Assembly (NCBI GenBank): GCA_030704615.1
Contig: CM060734.1
Location: forward strand, 9,610,001 to 9,674,000
Reading direction: 5' to 3'
DNA: 64,000 nucleotides
DNA from: Takakia lepidozioides
Lineage: Eukaryota; Plantae; Bryophyta
The position numbers and the translations under genes are program-made. Of the stretch, positions 26,123 to 39,525 are shown one piece after another (positions within the stretch are counted from its first letter, which is position 1; every line of letters starts with the position of its first letter). The notes beneath the pieces were generated by a model. It was not told the DNA's origin. It saw nothing but the letters and a program-made list of their open reading frames with translations, and ran no database searches.

Positions 26123-28173
26123 CTATGGCGCAGCCGTGGCAGTCTTGACCCTCAAATCCGAGGATCCCTCTGCCACTACACCTTCCAGTAACTCCGCAGA
26201 AGATGAAGTGACCTCCCCACTCTCGCAGAGTGTTGCTGCTAGTCTGAACACTGCAGCTGGTCTTACCCCCGGTGTCGCAATCATGGTTGCCGAGAACAGT
26301 GGGGCTTGACACACAGAAGTGGCTGCCCCCAATAACACACCGGCTGCACTAGCCTTGGTAGCAGGTGTCAGTGCTGCACGTGTAGCTCTCCCCAATGGCA
26401 TAGTAACCTCCGCCTCGGTAACAGTCGGGCGAGAACTAGGTGCCATGGATGGCGTCGACACTGTCTCCGCCAATGTGAATGACTGAGGAAGCCTCGCCTG
26501 ATGGCTTGCCTCCCCACGCTGTGGATCCAATTCCACCTCTGCACCTCGTGGCTTAGGAACTCGAGTTGCTCCTCGAGTCACGGCTGCAACAGACTCCACC
26601 TGCACTAGTGGTAGTGCTGCTCCGCACATGAAACCCATGCCTCCCATATCTCCTCCCTCAGGAGCAGGAGGTGGACCATCCCGCCTGGGAGCTGGTACCA
26701 CCTGAGCTGTAGCCATGGCAGCGAGCCTCTGCTCTAGCTGCTGAATCCGGTTGGCCATGTCTTGGTCAACACCCTGACCTCCGCGTCCTTGGCCATGTTG
26801 AACTTGCCCTTGGCCTGCACCTCGTGCCCGACCACCTCGTCCTCTCTGGGCTGGTCCACCTCGCCCCCGGCCACCATTGTTCCCTTGGAACTGGCCTAGG
26901 CGCAACTCAGGGTGCAAGTCATAACACTGGGCATCTCCATGCCCATACTTGCCATAATGCCCACATTGCAACTGTGTAGGCTGTGCTTGTGCCGACCTTC
27001 TGCCACTCTCTGGGCAATCTCTCTTGACATGGGGTCCTCCACATGTCCAACATATCACCCCTGGTTGTTGTTGGCCTGCAAAAGATGCCACGGGCCTCTG
27101 CACCTGAGGTCCCCTGTAAGCTCCATAGAACTTGGGTTGGGCAACCTTGCCCCCGTGACCACGCTGTTGGGCAGTCCCTTGTACCTATTAGCTGGCAGCT
27201 GCACCTCGTGCAGGCATGTCCTTGCCAAATCCAATGGTAACAACTCGCTCCTCCACCATGTTGAGCTCAATCCGCTCAGCCAGCAGAAACACATCCGCTA
27301 ATGTGGGTTGGGCCGCTTGTAACAGGGTTGCATCCCGCACCCTTCTCTTGAGCTCCTTGTCCAAAATTCCATACCAGAACTGGATTGCCTGAGCTTCAGG
27401 AACCCCTTGGGTCACACTTATCAAGCGCCTCATACGAGTGTAGGCCTCTCGCAAGCTCTCACTGGATTTGCGCTGAAAGTCTTGCAAACTTCGCAGCTTC
27501 TCTGTACACCTTGGTAGTTCCTCCGCAACTCCTAGAAGAACTCCACCACCGGGTTGAATCTAGGCACATGTGTTGTAATTGTGGCAGGAGGAGTAGTAAC
27601 ACCTTTTGAACTGGTACCACCTGCAGAAGTGCCGGCACTACTTGTTCCACTACTAGTGCTTGTAGTTGGAGATGTTTGTGTAGCTGCTGGTGTCACCGCT
27701 GCCCTTGTGCCTCTAGTGATTGAGACATAGTTAGGTGACCAATACTCTTGCTACTCCTCAATCTCCACCGCATGTCCCCGCCTAAATTCATGGTAATCAT
27801 CCATGGGCGGCCCCTCAAGGTGCTGGAATAGCCCCTTCCACGCCATAAAGGGCGTAAACAGTTGTGGATTGCGCATTTGCTGCAAATCACACCAACTGTC
27901 AAACTCTTGTATAAAGTCATCAAGCTCGATGGTGCCCACAGCTCCAGAGTACCTACGTGGCCCCTTGGCAGCTCCATACATCTCCTCCATCGTGTCCCAC
28001 AACAATGGCACGGAAATGACTTGCACCCTCGGCGAGAATCCTCCTGACTCCGAGTCTGAACCTTCCTCAGAAGACACTGAAGGTGAAAGTGGCCTAAACT
28101 GCACACCTTGTCTTGTGTACCCACTAGTATCGCTGGTACTTGTACCGGCACTCCCCTCAGCAGCTGGTGGCAC
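26123..28173 (-). pseudogene. Gypsy gag with CCHC zinc knuckles (fragmented)
   Basis: PRRYSG..ELDDFIQEFDSWC; FQRKSSESLREAYTRMRRL; CWTCGGPHVKRDC and CGHYGKYGHGDAQC; RGG-rich region. Confidence 0.85.
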
Positions 28174-28956
28174 CTCCGTGATGAAAACTCACAACCCAAC
28201 CGGTTGTCAACCTGTCTCTAATCCCCACTTTCTACAAGGTAACCGGGTAAAGAACCTGTTGCGGCTACTGGTTCAAGCAGGAATAATAGGTTTCTAACGT
28301 AGACCTGTACCTGCACCTGCATCCACCGCAAGCACTCCTATGGTCTGCTGGTCATCAACCCAGCCTCACCATAGAAGAAACACTGGTGGTCTTGCTGGTC
28401 ATCACTCCAGCCTCACCACCGACAGCATACTCTAGGATTGGCCGGTGATCAAATCCGGACCAACCTCCTATGAAAACAAGCACCCACACAAAGCTAACAT
28501 GGCGCACAGTCAAGCATGCAGGTGTAGAGGGGATCCAAACACAAGAAAATCAAGACAGCAACTCCCCCACACCAAAAACACTCCACAGTGTCGCTCCTGC
28601 AAGGATACTCCAGCCCAAACCCGGACTGACTCTTGCCTCCACCTACGGAAAGGTTTTGGCCTACAGAGAGGGTGAAAGACTATGGAGAAGAGAAACTAAA
28701 GCAATTCCTAACCCCAGAATGCTCTCATCCCACCACTCTCCCTCCTGTCTCTATCCACTCGCTTGTATGGCCGTGGCAAGTATCCTTCAATATCCCTCAA
28801 TCAATCCTTCAAGAGCTCTTCAACATTGTCCACCAAAGCTCCTCGAAGGGTCCTCCAAGGACCCCAAAGATCCTCCAAATACTCCTCCAAGGGCCCTCAA
28901 ATATCTTCCAAACAATCCTCCAAAGGCCCTTAAATTTCACTAAGTCCTTTCACTGT

Positions 28957-29220
28957 TGATACCTTAACAGAGGTATAGTCTGAGGTTGCTAGGGTCCCTT
29001 ATGTTGATGATACCTTTACAGAGGTATAGTCTGAAAATGAGGGTTCTGTTTGGTATACTAACAGAGGTATAGTCTGAGCTGATTAGGGTCCACATATGGT
29101 GATACCTCAACAAAGGTATAGTAAAAGGGACAAGCTCCTGTTTGGTATACTAACAGAAGTAAAGTCTGAGCTGATTAGGGTTCACATATGGTGATACCTC
29201 AACAGAGGTATAGTCGTCCA
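28957..29220 (+). repeat. Six-copy tandem motif AACAGAGGTATAGTCTGAG (about 43/49-bp alternating period); seventh copy near 29928
   Basis: Cores near 28966, 29017, 29060, 29109, 29152 and 29201; several form an ATACCT-N6-AGGTAT hairpin. Confidence 0.85.
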
Positions 29221-32200
29221 ACTTTGACAGCCTTGCTGTCTCAAACAGACATTTCCAGCCATGAACAGTGATCAATGGATCTTTATTTGGACATGGATAC
29301 TTACTGCTCAGTCGCTTTGGTATGTCCCATGATACAAAGAACCCAAAACTATACTAGTTTTTGGGCCAACGATAAATTAGGATGGTTGGTTATGCCTTGG
29401 TATGTAAGCTGACCAAAAAATACAGACTGAATGACATGGCATGTCATGAATGGCACTTTTTAGCATGCTGAACAACGGTTTCCTGCTATGAACAGTGGTA
29501 ATCGAGTCTCTAATTTTTCCCACCCCCCCCACCCAGAGACTTCGTTGACTTTGAAGTCTGGGATTTGTCATAAAGCTGACTTGTGAATGAAGAATGGTTG
29601 ATAATGAGGCCGATTTGTCGTTAATTTTACAATGACCTTGTCAGGTCTTTGTCCATGTCTCGACGAGACATAAATATCTTCCCTCTCTGATTTAGACCAG
29701 TGTACTTGGTGGTTCTTGTATACATTATCAACCAATCTCCCTTCTGTTTTTCAGTTTTATGTTTGATTTACTAACACCTTGGTCTGAGCATGACAAAAGG
29801 TTATCAAATATGTTCCTGATTGAAGTGATGAACCCAAGGCAATGGGAAGGCCAAAGCCATGAGATATCACATGACCACCAAGCAAGTCCTTCTCAAAAAT
29901 ATGTTGGCTAATTGGGCATGGTATACTAACAGAGGTATAGTCTGAGCATACACTACTAGGGTTTGTAATGAAGAGCTAGAATGCAAGTCCTTGACTTCTA
30001 TGCTTCTACTCAAGCAAAAATATGGTCTCTAGGTGGTCATAAGAGGCATCTTCTTGCTCTCTTCCACCCCAATGTGCAACCAAGAGTGGTCCAACTCAAC
30101 TTGCAAGTCATTGTCCACCAAATCAATCCCCCTTCTAGTCCTTGGGATTTGATTGCAAACTACCATATCTCCATTGCCGAGCAATCATGCATTTGTCTCC
30201 TCATCACTTGACAATTGCTCCAAATCAACACAAATTATCTCAATGTGTAGGAGCAATGCTTGTCACTTACAATAATGCTCCCAAGCAATCCACCTTGGAT
30301 CCCACTCTCACGCCATATGCCTCATTTGGGGTCTTGCACCAATCCATCATCCATGTGCTCCCCGTGGTCATTTGAATGCATGTTTCATGACCTCTTGGCC
30401 TATGTGTTGCTCTCCTTCATCATAACATGAATCAACACCTCTCCACTTCACACACAAATGGATCTCAAAGGCCTTCACCTCTTGCTAGTTAAAGAGCTCC
30501 CCTTCTCAAACTTGAACTTACAAACTCAAGCGAGCATGCTCCACACATGCACCACTTGCTTGGTCAACTATCCACCACAAAACTCGCACTACCAAGAGCA
30601 TGAATAGCCAAGTATTGCCTCCCCTCTTGTCACATTACATAGTTAGGGTGTGTATGCATACATTGAATGATGATTTCCCTTCAAGGATTTCCCACCACAT
30701 GTTCTCCAAGCCCTTCCAATGGCACCCTAAGCTTGGCTCCACACCACCATGATTGGAAGATTTCTTCACATGCTCCCTTTCAAAACCTCTTGAGCTTCTT
30801 AGTGCTCTCCAAGTGCTTGCCCTTGTTGTCTTCAAGCCCAAGCATATATAGCTCCTTGGCTTCTCTTCCACAACATCCACACTTTGAACTTGCTTAACCC
30901 TAGCTTGATAGTGAAATGAGCACTAAAAGCCTTTAGTCACTCTCCACAAGCCATGGCGCACACCATCGACTCCATAATGCATACAAAGGATTCTCAAACC
31001 CTAGAATCCATGCTTCCACACACACAAGACTTCCTCCTTACAATCCTTGCAAAATCTTGTGACTCAAGAGCTTTCTTCTCAAGCTCTCCAACTCCTTGGT
31101 GCATGCAATACTCGAGCACCTTTCCTTGCAACCCCTTGCAAGCCTTGTGATACAAGACTAAATTCTCCTAGCTCTCAACCTCTTTAAAATACAAGTGCAA
31201 AACTAATCCTTACACTCCGCACTCACAAGCATAAGGTGATCTTCTTGTAGTGATAAGAGATGAGAAATGAGAGAAGTAGAAGACAATGAAAGCTCTCAAA
31301 GCATGAAGCAATCACAAGAAGAACAAGCCCTAGTCCTTCCAAGTGAAATCCACTCTATCACATAAACTAAGTCAAGCCAAGGGCACCTTTGCTAAAGGAA
31401 TCCACCCTACAAAGCCCTCAACACACTCCCTCTCAATACCTAGAGCTATGGAGGTGAGAGAAGCTCATGGAGGCTCAACTACAAGAAGATGAGCCTCCTC
31501 AACACTCACAAGGGAAAAACCTATCTCCATGTCTCAAGTGAGGCTCGACACCTCACTTGGCATGTGAGACCAAATGAAGTCCCAACACACAAAATATAAA
31601 TATAAATATCTAAAATGTCCTAGTTAACTAGAAGTAGGTAATTCTAGATAACCATTACTAAAACCATGACAAAGCACAAGATACGGCGATCGGTGGACCA
31701 GTTGTTGAGTGGGGTGGTGGTGGGTGTCATGGGGATAATCGTGAGGGCGCAACGTATGGTGTGGTATGTGTTGAGATGGGAGGTCCACTCGTGTTTTTGA
31801 GTGCGTGTAAGGTAGCCCCCATTTTGTTGTGAACGGGGGGTTTGAGGGAGTTCCGGGGGAGCGGAGCAAGTGGCGAGCACGCTGGTGGTCATGAGTTGTA
31901 GGATGGATGTGAGGGTACGTTCAGCTGCAAGCCACGTGGTTCCGGGTGTTGGGAAAGGTTCGAGTCGGATAGGGTGTGCGAGAGGGTGAGCATTAAGGCG
32001 GAGGCGGCTGGGTGAAAATGGGATTTGAATGCGGCTATATTACTATAGGGTAGAGGGGAGAGGAGACGTGGTTGAAGGGGTGGTGCCTACGTGACAGGAA
32101 CTGGTCGAAAGGGGATGAGTGATGGTGGGAGGGAAAGGGAGATCAGATAGTGGTCGGAATTACATAGGCTACATCTCTAATTTGCCATGCCACGGATACC

Positions 32201-33894
32201 CAACAAATATGACACTTTTTCCGGAGTTTCATGGGTTCGTGTTATATCCAAACTATATTCGTGTCATAGTGTTATGCATTATAACCACACGATCATGATA
32301 TCATCATGATTTTAACAAGTATTACACGAAAAGAATGCGATTGGCGTGTATACTGTGATTGTGTCCATCACACACAATTTCCTATGGGCACATTCGTGCA
32401 ATTTGGGTTTGCATATTCACACGACAACATCATTGAAAATGTGTTCCCAACGTGTTCATGGTATTTATGCTAAATTGATATTATGGTTGTGGACAACGGA
32501 ATACATAATGATTTCGTGTGGCACTTGGCTAGCATTATATTGGTGTGCCCTGTGCACTTCAACTGCAGTATTATTGTAATAGCTTTATGTGTAGATTGTT
32601 GATAAATTTGAATTGATAAATAATCCATAGGATGTATTTAGACATTTTTTATCAAACAAATTGGAATAAAAGATACATTCAAAGATGTTGGCATTCATAT
32701 TTAGAAGCACGCAGCTGAGTACAAAGTAAGCCAAAGAGAACTCAATCCCTGAAAAGAGTTATCCCCTTGAGCTCTTATTTTGGAATATTTTTTCTGAACG
32801 TTGCTATAAGCTCAAATTAGAGATGTGAAGCATACCGAAAAGAAGAAAATGGGTCGGTCAAGCCTGGGGGCAAGAACCGTGAAGAGGCTGCTTATGTTCA
32901 CCAGCCTTCTTTCTTAACAGGGTGAGCTAGAGCTGAAAAACTTCATAATAACTAACCTAACCTAATCTCCAACCCTGGCCACTACTATGCTATGGTACGA
33001 CTGAAGTCTCGCATTGAATCAAAAGAGAACTGGAAGCACACAAGAATAGAAACTAGGGTACTTCTGGGAAGCATAAAACGACTGTAAACGATTGCTGTTG
33101 GCGATGCTCATCATCCTATCATTACCAATACACAAACCGATATTTGACATCCCTGTTCCTCAAAACCTGTTTGGATTCGGAGGAATTGTCAATACTGAGG
33201 TTCGCTGGGAGACAAGACCAGCACTCGCCACTCGCATCCACCATACCCTGCGGATGTCCGAACGACAGGAAAACTCTGACCAGAGCTCCCCCCCACTTGC
33301 ACCAACTCACAGATGTTTGACGAACGTAACAACTTTGATCACTTTTTCAGGGACCAAACTAGCATGGAAACAAGGGTACATATTTTCATCATTGTCATTT
33401 CTTCACATACTGCGAATCAGATGCGGCAAGCAGAGCAGCCCCAATTCCCAAGGGAGTTTGGGCGGAACAAAGGAAGAGAGATGATGATCCATGAGATCAA
33501 ATCTGTCTTGGGCATCATATCAAACACGCAGTGTGCAAATACCACACTCCAAAAATTGTATCCAGTAGAACAACCTTACCTCCGAACCATCTCGAAGAGT
33601 GGTAAGCAGACCTGGCGCAGTAGCTGCCTCAAGAAAGCCCCCTCTCGGTGTCGTGCAATCATCCACTAGCACGGCCATCATCGAAATCTGCCCCCTTGTT
33701 GGCATCCGCCCTCTTTTTGTGTCTTCCCAGCTCATGCAAAAGCAGTCTCTTTGCAATATATAACAACAATTTGACATGAAGTGGACACTTAACTGACAAA
33801 ATAATCCGAAGAACTGAAAGCCAAATTACTCACCAATAGAACCCAATATAAAAGACATGTTTTTGAAACGCAGATCCAATTTAATGATTAATTC

Positions 33895-35821
33895 CTAATT
33901 TTCCTATTGGCCCAAAAGAAGCATAAAATGAGGCTTGGGGGAGTGGGAAGGAAGTAATATCAATCGAGATAGTACCAGTGAGCGACTAGCACGATGTAGA
34001 GAGCACGGTGGAGGGCAGCCGTTAGAGTTGGAGAGCACAAAGATGGAGATAGAATCAGTAGTAATGAGCGATGGACTCGAAGTTACAACTATTTTGTTCC
34101 AGATTTGCAATCGTATCTAGTTCTTTCCGCTTTGTAATTGAGTGAAGTGATGACTTGATCTGATCAACCCTCTCGGAGTGTCAAGTGTAACGCTAATCTA
34201 GACAAGGGCTGGTAGGACGTCCAGTTCTTGTTTTGCTTTTCAAGTCCTTGGCTTTAGGATTCTGCTCATTTGTTGGCAAAGTAGATCTGCTCTAGTGGGG
34301 TTCTCTTGACCTATTTCCATGCTAGTTCTTTTTTATAGCAGAGAACAAGGATAATTCTCCCAATAGAACCTGACATTAGTGAAATCAGAGCCTTGTATCC
34401 TCAGAAATTAATTTTTTTGAAATCAGTTTCTCTTACACTGGCACACAATTGCAGATGTTTGTGACTTGGTCATTTTTCATGTAGGAAAGGGTTCTCATTT
34501 CTTTTATACAACATCCATCTGCTTTAGAATATGTTCTTGGAATAAGGCTAATACTTCCAATAGGACCTAAGATTAGTCAGATCGAAGCCAAGGATCATAA
34601 GATAGGAAGTTTTGAATTTTTTTAATTTTTAACTGGAGCAACAAAAGTTTATGGTATAGAGTTATTTTTGGCTGATACGATTTGATCTACTTACTTCTGC
34701 TAGTAAGATATCTGAGTGGAGTCTTATTTGAGTCATAAAATTAAGATTACTACAACACTAGAAGTTTGTAGTTCTAGTAATTATTGCCTGGGTTAAGAGA
34801 TATTAATTTCTAAAGTAGGTAGTATATGCTAGGGAGCTAAACCCTTTTTACGGACCTTGATTCACAAACTCATTCCAAGATCTTGTTGAGTAAAGCTTAG
34901 GTTAGAGCTTCTGTTTTACAGCAAGTGAATTGAAGAATCTAGTAGGGACTTATGAATTTTTTTAAACAGGAAATTCTAACTGCCAAGCCATATGAAAGAG
35001 TGAGATTTGACTATTGTGTTTAAATAACTAAAAGAAACCCTCTTATAACAACATCTCTAGGTTAGTTTGATGGTTAGTCTGATAGTTCACACTTCTGGTG
35101 TTGGGGGTGTTCAACTCCTGCCGGCCGCAATTTATTTAGTTTTGCTTATCTGTTCAAAATCTTTGTAATAGCCCTATAAGTACTTAGATAGGCAGGTTGG
35201 TTTTGAATATAACTTGATGGACTTATCGGTTAGATAGTTGGTTTCCTATAGTTGGTTTTGATTATCTTCTTTTATTTTGGTTATATTAATATTGTTTGTT
35301 GGGCTGATCTTTTCCTTAGAATGATTTAATTGCTTATCTATTCTTGACTCACATAATTTAATGGGGACTAGTAAAAACTAAATAAATCAATATCCCTATC
35401 TTTTAAATGTAAATATATACATAAAATTATTCAAAAAAAAAACAAATAATTAAGTTGGTTGGTTGAAATTAATTTTTTTTGTTTGCTTAATAACTAATAT
35501 TTACACTAGGCTATCTCTTTATATATCTATATATATATATATAATATATACATCTAAAAATCATAATTATTTATCCTGAAGTAATTATACATTCGCCTTA
35601 CTTATTTCTAGACTATTGTTTTCGTAAATACATCAATGAGTTAGCACTAACTGTTGGTTACAAATTACAAACGCAAACACTTATAACATAGAAAATTTAT
35701 AAATCCACACTAGCAGCACCCTTGGAGCTAGGCGGCGCCTTCGGGACCTAACCTGGCTCTGTCTAACACGAACCTTTAAACTAAATATACAACTGTTAAT
35801 GGGGTGCATTAATGGTTGACA
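33895..35821 (+). mobile_element. Truncated LTR of the same family as 2990-6151, opposite orientation
   Basis: Reverse-complement match to about 2990-4856 (ORF-track peptides 4634..4987 and 33904..34110 are near identical). Ends ...GGTTGACA against LINE RNase H sequence. Confidence 0.9.
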
Positions 35822-36125
35822 GGGCCCCGCAACCATACTACGTGCCGAACTTATGGCCATCTACGAAGCCCTTTCCCAGCTACACGCATTCCCCTCACCA
35901 TACTACATTTTTACAGACAGCTTAACTTCGCTATTTCTCCTGCGAAACCACATAGCCAGCCCATCCTCCCACCATCACCACCCAGATTGTAATCTTATCT
36001 CCGCAATCATCACTTTAGCCATCTCAATCAACCAACCCATTCAATTTCTTAAAGTACGTTCATATACCGGAATCAACGGGAACGAGGAGGCTAACCTCCT
36101 TGCCCAACTAGGAGCCTCCAAACCC
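35822..36125 (+). pseudogene. LINE RNase H fragment, same family as 16040-16445
   Basis: GPATILRAELMAIYEAL...YIFTDSLTSLFLLRNHI...KVRSYTGINGNEEANLLAQLG. Confidence 0.88.
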
Positions 36126-37989
36126 CCAGCACTCTGGAATGCTCCACTGTAAGACAGCTCCAAGTACTTGCAAAGAACAGCTCCTAGCTCTTACAAACTG
36201 AATTGAGCAAAGAACATGACAATGAGATGATTCAAGCAAAAACATGGAATTTAAATGGGAAGTATGTCTTCCTGTGTATAAAGAAGGAGCGTCGCTGCTC
36301 AAAAAAGGTCCAGGGGGGAAGAATTCAGAAAGAACCCTTAAAAAGCATGAGCATGACTGTGTGATCACAGCCCGACACATGTCATAGGTCACAGGGTGTG
36401 ACGACCTGTGGTGCTTCATGACTATGAGGTCACAGTCCGACACAGGTCACAGCTCGACTCAAGTCACAGGCGCTGTTACCACAGACAGAGAACATGAGGT
36501 GGGAACACCACCAGCGGGGACACAGTGTAGTTACGAGCTGACTGGCGGTTAGAGGCACGGTTTGACGGTTATAGCTTGCAGGTGATGAGCCAGCAGAAGG
36601 GGGAGGAAAGGAGGACTTTTGGATCGCTTCTGGATCACTTCTTGATCATTTCTTGGAGCACTGGGAGCATGAGGGGAAGAAGCACGATCTTGAGCACAGG
36701 GATGGAGAGCACAGTGGAGGAGGAGACACGATCTGACAATGCTTGATACATGCAAGCTGTAGAGATGTACTGTAGGGCAGAATAGAGACACCATGGCTTT
36801 GGCCTGATACTTGATAGGCATTAATATGATTCCTACTTCATATTCACACTGTGTAGAGAGATCTGAGTGAAGATGTGGAATGAATGCTTAACACTACAAC
36901 ATATTGCGGCTTTTATGACTCCCATGGCTGCGCAGTCATGACAGATTTGTGGCAGAAATGCTATTTGAAGTCGTAGATGCCTTTTGAAGTCATAACGCAG
37001 GTCCGGGGAAGGCGTATATACGATTGCATGACTCCGGACTCTGCGCAACACAGATCAAACATGTTTGACCACGAATATGGCATGGCAGATATGACTACCA
37101 GTCACGGTCATACCTACACTGGAATGACGTGCGCAAATTGCTAGACAGACATATGACTTCACGACTCTCACTCTAATGCATTCTGCCAGATCATCACATG
37201 GATGAATCAGTACATGACTGCACGTGTCGACACATGCTTTTCTGGTTATATATATAATATATCAGTATTTAAATTTTGAAAAAATGTCGGAGACTCTAAC
37301 CACTAGAATGATTTATTTAAAAAAAAAATCAAAGTGCAAAAGATTTGAAAAAAGCACATCGGCTGGAGGTGCACAGTGCGTCGCCCCGGTGGTTCGGGGT
37401 TCAAATCCGCTGCCCTGCCCGTGTGTGGGATTGTTCGTGACGATATGTTTGGGCGTTGATCGCCCTGTAGGTCTCATGGCCCAAATGAAAGGGGGTTAAT
37501 TTTTCCCCCTCCTCAAGGGCCTGAGGCTTCCTTTAAAAAAATCAAAATCAAAAAATCAAAAAATTGCTTATAGGGTTTGCAAGAAGGTTAAAAACCTTTA
37601 AAAGTTGCCCATCACGGTAGCCGTGAATAGAATTAGAGTGAGCGGGAGGGAGGGAGATAGAGAGAGAGGGCTGGGACTTAGAGCGAGCGAGCGGCAAATA
37701 CTGTTGGCTCTTTGGATTATACAAGACCTACTCTTCTTCTAGTTTCTTATTACTCAATGACAGTATTGATTCATGTTTCACAGTTCTGCTCAGAGAGAAG
37801 ACCGGCGTAACTAAGAGCCACTTCGCCTTGCGGCTACTGCCCCCTTATGAGGGTGGGCCCTATATAAATATGACAGGTGTCCAGGGGATACCAAGTAACC
37901 GGGGGTATGAGGTACCTCTGGGTACCTAGGGTACCCGAGAGTACCCTGGGGTACCAGAGATGGGGTGGATTCGAGTTCCGCTTATTGGA

Positions 37990-38860
37990 TATGATGGCTG
38001 TGAGAGAGCAAAGTGCCATAAGGTGGATGTCTTTAAAGCATATATGGATGGAGGTGGTGGGGATTTAAAATTATCTTGAAGTTTTGAGATACTGTCGTTG
38101 TGTATGTCCTCTCTGGTGCCTGTGGAGATGATGGAGAGTGGGCCCATGGCCCACCCTCGTCGGCGAATAGCAAGGATAAGCGGAGCGTATTTCTGGCGTT
38201 TTTTGAGGATGGAGGTGTGCGGGAAGCGGTCGTGGCAGTACGTAAATTCGATGAAGTGTATGATTAGTGGTGGGGTAGGAGTAGAGGGTGGAAGGGCGTT
38301 GGTGGGAAGTCCCTAAACTAAAAGGATGTCCGGGCAGAGCCTAGCGGGACATGTGCATGTAGCATGGGGTTGGCAAATACAGGGTAATAGCCAGGATGGT
38401 ACTGTATGGTAGGGGGGTCTACCTTGGTAAGTGCTAGCATTGATAAGTGAGAACCATCTGGTTTCTTTATGTCGTTGTAATAGTTTGTGGATGTGCCATA
38501 AGCTTGATTGTGCCTGGCGATACGAAGGCCATGCAAGACTGGGTGGGGGCATTTACTGAGGATATACGGCCAAGTGTCAGGTACTGCATGTATATGGGAG
38601 CAGAGGGGGCCGTGTGGGGATGTAAAAATGGTTGGCCAGAAGGTATGCTTACGCTGGTGTTCTAAACTTAAGTGTTTTTTTGATTTGTGCGACGGAAGTG
38701 GCTTTAGTGTGCCAGAAGTGGTTGGACAGTTTATGATGGAGTACTGTGGAGTGGGTCTATTTTTGGATATGTTGTTTGGTGTGACTGAGAGATGTAACGG
38801 CTTGTTTGTTGGCTTCTTTAGAGAGAGTAGAATAGAGGTTACGAATAGGCTGGGAGCTCG
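37990..38860 (-). pseudogene. LINE C-terminus with CCHC knuckle and restriction-like endonuclease (RLE)
   Basis: PLCSH...DTWPYILSKCPHP.LHGLRIARHNQA; RLCPDILLV*GL...IIHFIEFTYCHDRFP...KRQKYAPLI...RGW. Confidence 0.7.
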
Positions 38861-38863
38861 CCG

Positions 38864-39525
38864 TTCTTGGGAGAGTCAGCTTGGTCTTGGCAGGCCGTGT
38901 TTTAATCTCTACCCACTCAGCTGCACCGTGGTGGTTCTCACAGACCAATCCGACATTACCTGACTACAGAAACAAGCAGCACACTGAAGAGGTCCTCTTG
39001 GGTTCATGGTCAGTCAAATCCTCCATGGGTCATGACACAAGGTCGAGGACAATGTGGTGAGGGCACCTTCTTCTTCGACCTATTTCAGCCTGTTTTGCCC
39101 TCTCATCAGACTCGGCCCTTCATTTGCAGCACGGAGCAGAGCTGGCATGAGATTTTTAAAGATCCTTCATGATGGTGTGACAACCGCAATGGCAAGGTGT
39201 GGTTTTTCCTTAATGTACGATGTGAAGAAGTTTGTCCATCCTGCAAATGTGGGTTGTTGGCTCCTGTTAGTACCATGATTTGGTATTCTTCCTGATGTTT
39301 CAAGGTTCTTGGGAGAGTCAGCTTGGTCTTAGCAGGCCGTGTTTCAATCTCTGCCTGCTCATCTGCACCGTGCTGGTTCTCACAGACCAATCCGACATTA
39401 CCTGACTACAAGACACAAGCAGCACACACAAGAGGTCCTTTTGGGTTGATGGTCGGTCACATCCTCTATGGGTTCTTCTTCGACCTATTTCAGCCTGTTT
39501 TGCCCTCTCATCAGACTCGGCCCTG
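38864..39525 (+). repeat. Direct duplication (about 38864-39120 vs 39306-39525)
   Basis: TTCTTGGGAGAGTCAGCTTGGTCTT...CAGACCAATCCGACATTACCTGACTACA occurs twice, as does TTCTTCTTCGACCTATTTCAGCCTGTTTTGCCCTCTCATCAGACTCGGCCCT. Confidence 0.85.

Larger units (their letters stand above)
21139..31671 (-). mobile_element. Ty3/Gypsy retrotransposon insertion (gag-PR-C5 MTase-RT-RH-IN), disrupted
   Basis: Termini TGTCATG...CATGACA; 4-bp TSD AAGC (21135-21138, 31672-31675); RT-RH-IN domain order. Confidence 0.88.
15889..32160 (-). mobile_element. LINE (non-LTR retrotransposon) truncated at both ends, with two nested insertions (19144-19841, 21139-31671)
   Basis: RT motifs PGPDLIPN, YKKGDP..LGNYRPIAL, PQEGFR, YIDFKNAFGSLDH, GTIQRDTLSPYLF and YADD (frameshifted). 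Removing the Gypsy insertion plus one TSD restores an open frame ...WSTDRRILC|LNAIPLCQP... Confidence 0.9.

Noticed and set aside
28957-29220. CRISPR-like repeat
   Set aside because: The linkers themselves repeat in a dimeric unit of about 92 bp, so this is a tandem repeat.
32160-33890. Possible gene or DNA transposon fragment
   Set aside because: No recognisable motifs, TIR pair or splice-consistent ORF could be supported.
37350-37425. tRNA gene (GGTTCAAATCC T-loop-like motif)
   Set aside because: No convincing cloverleaf or acceptor stem; at most a SINE/tRNA remnant.
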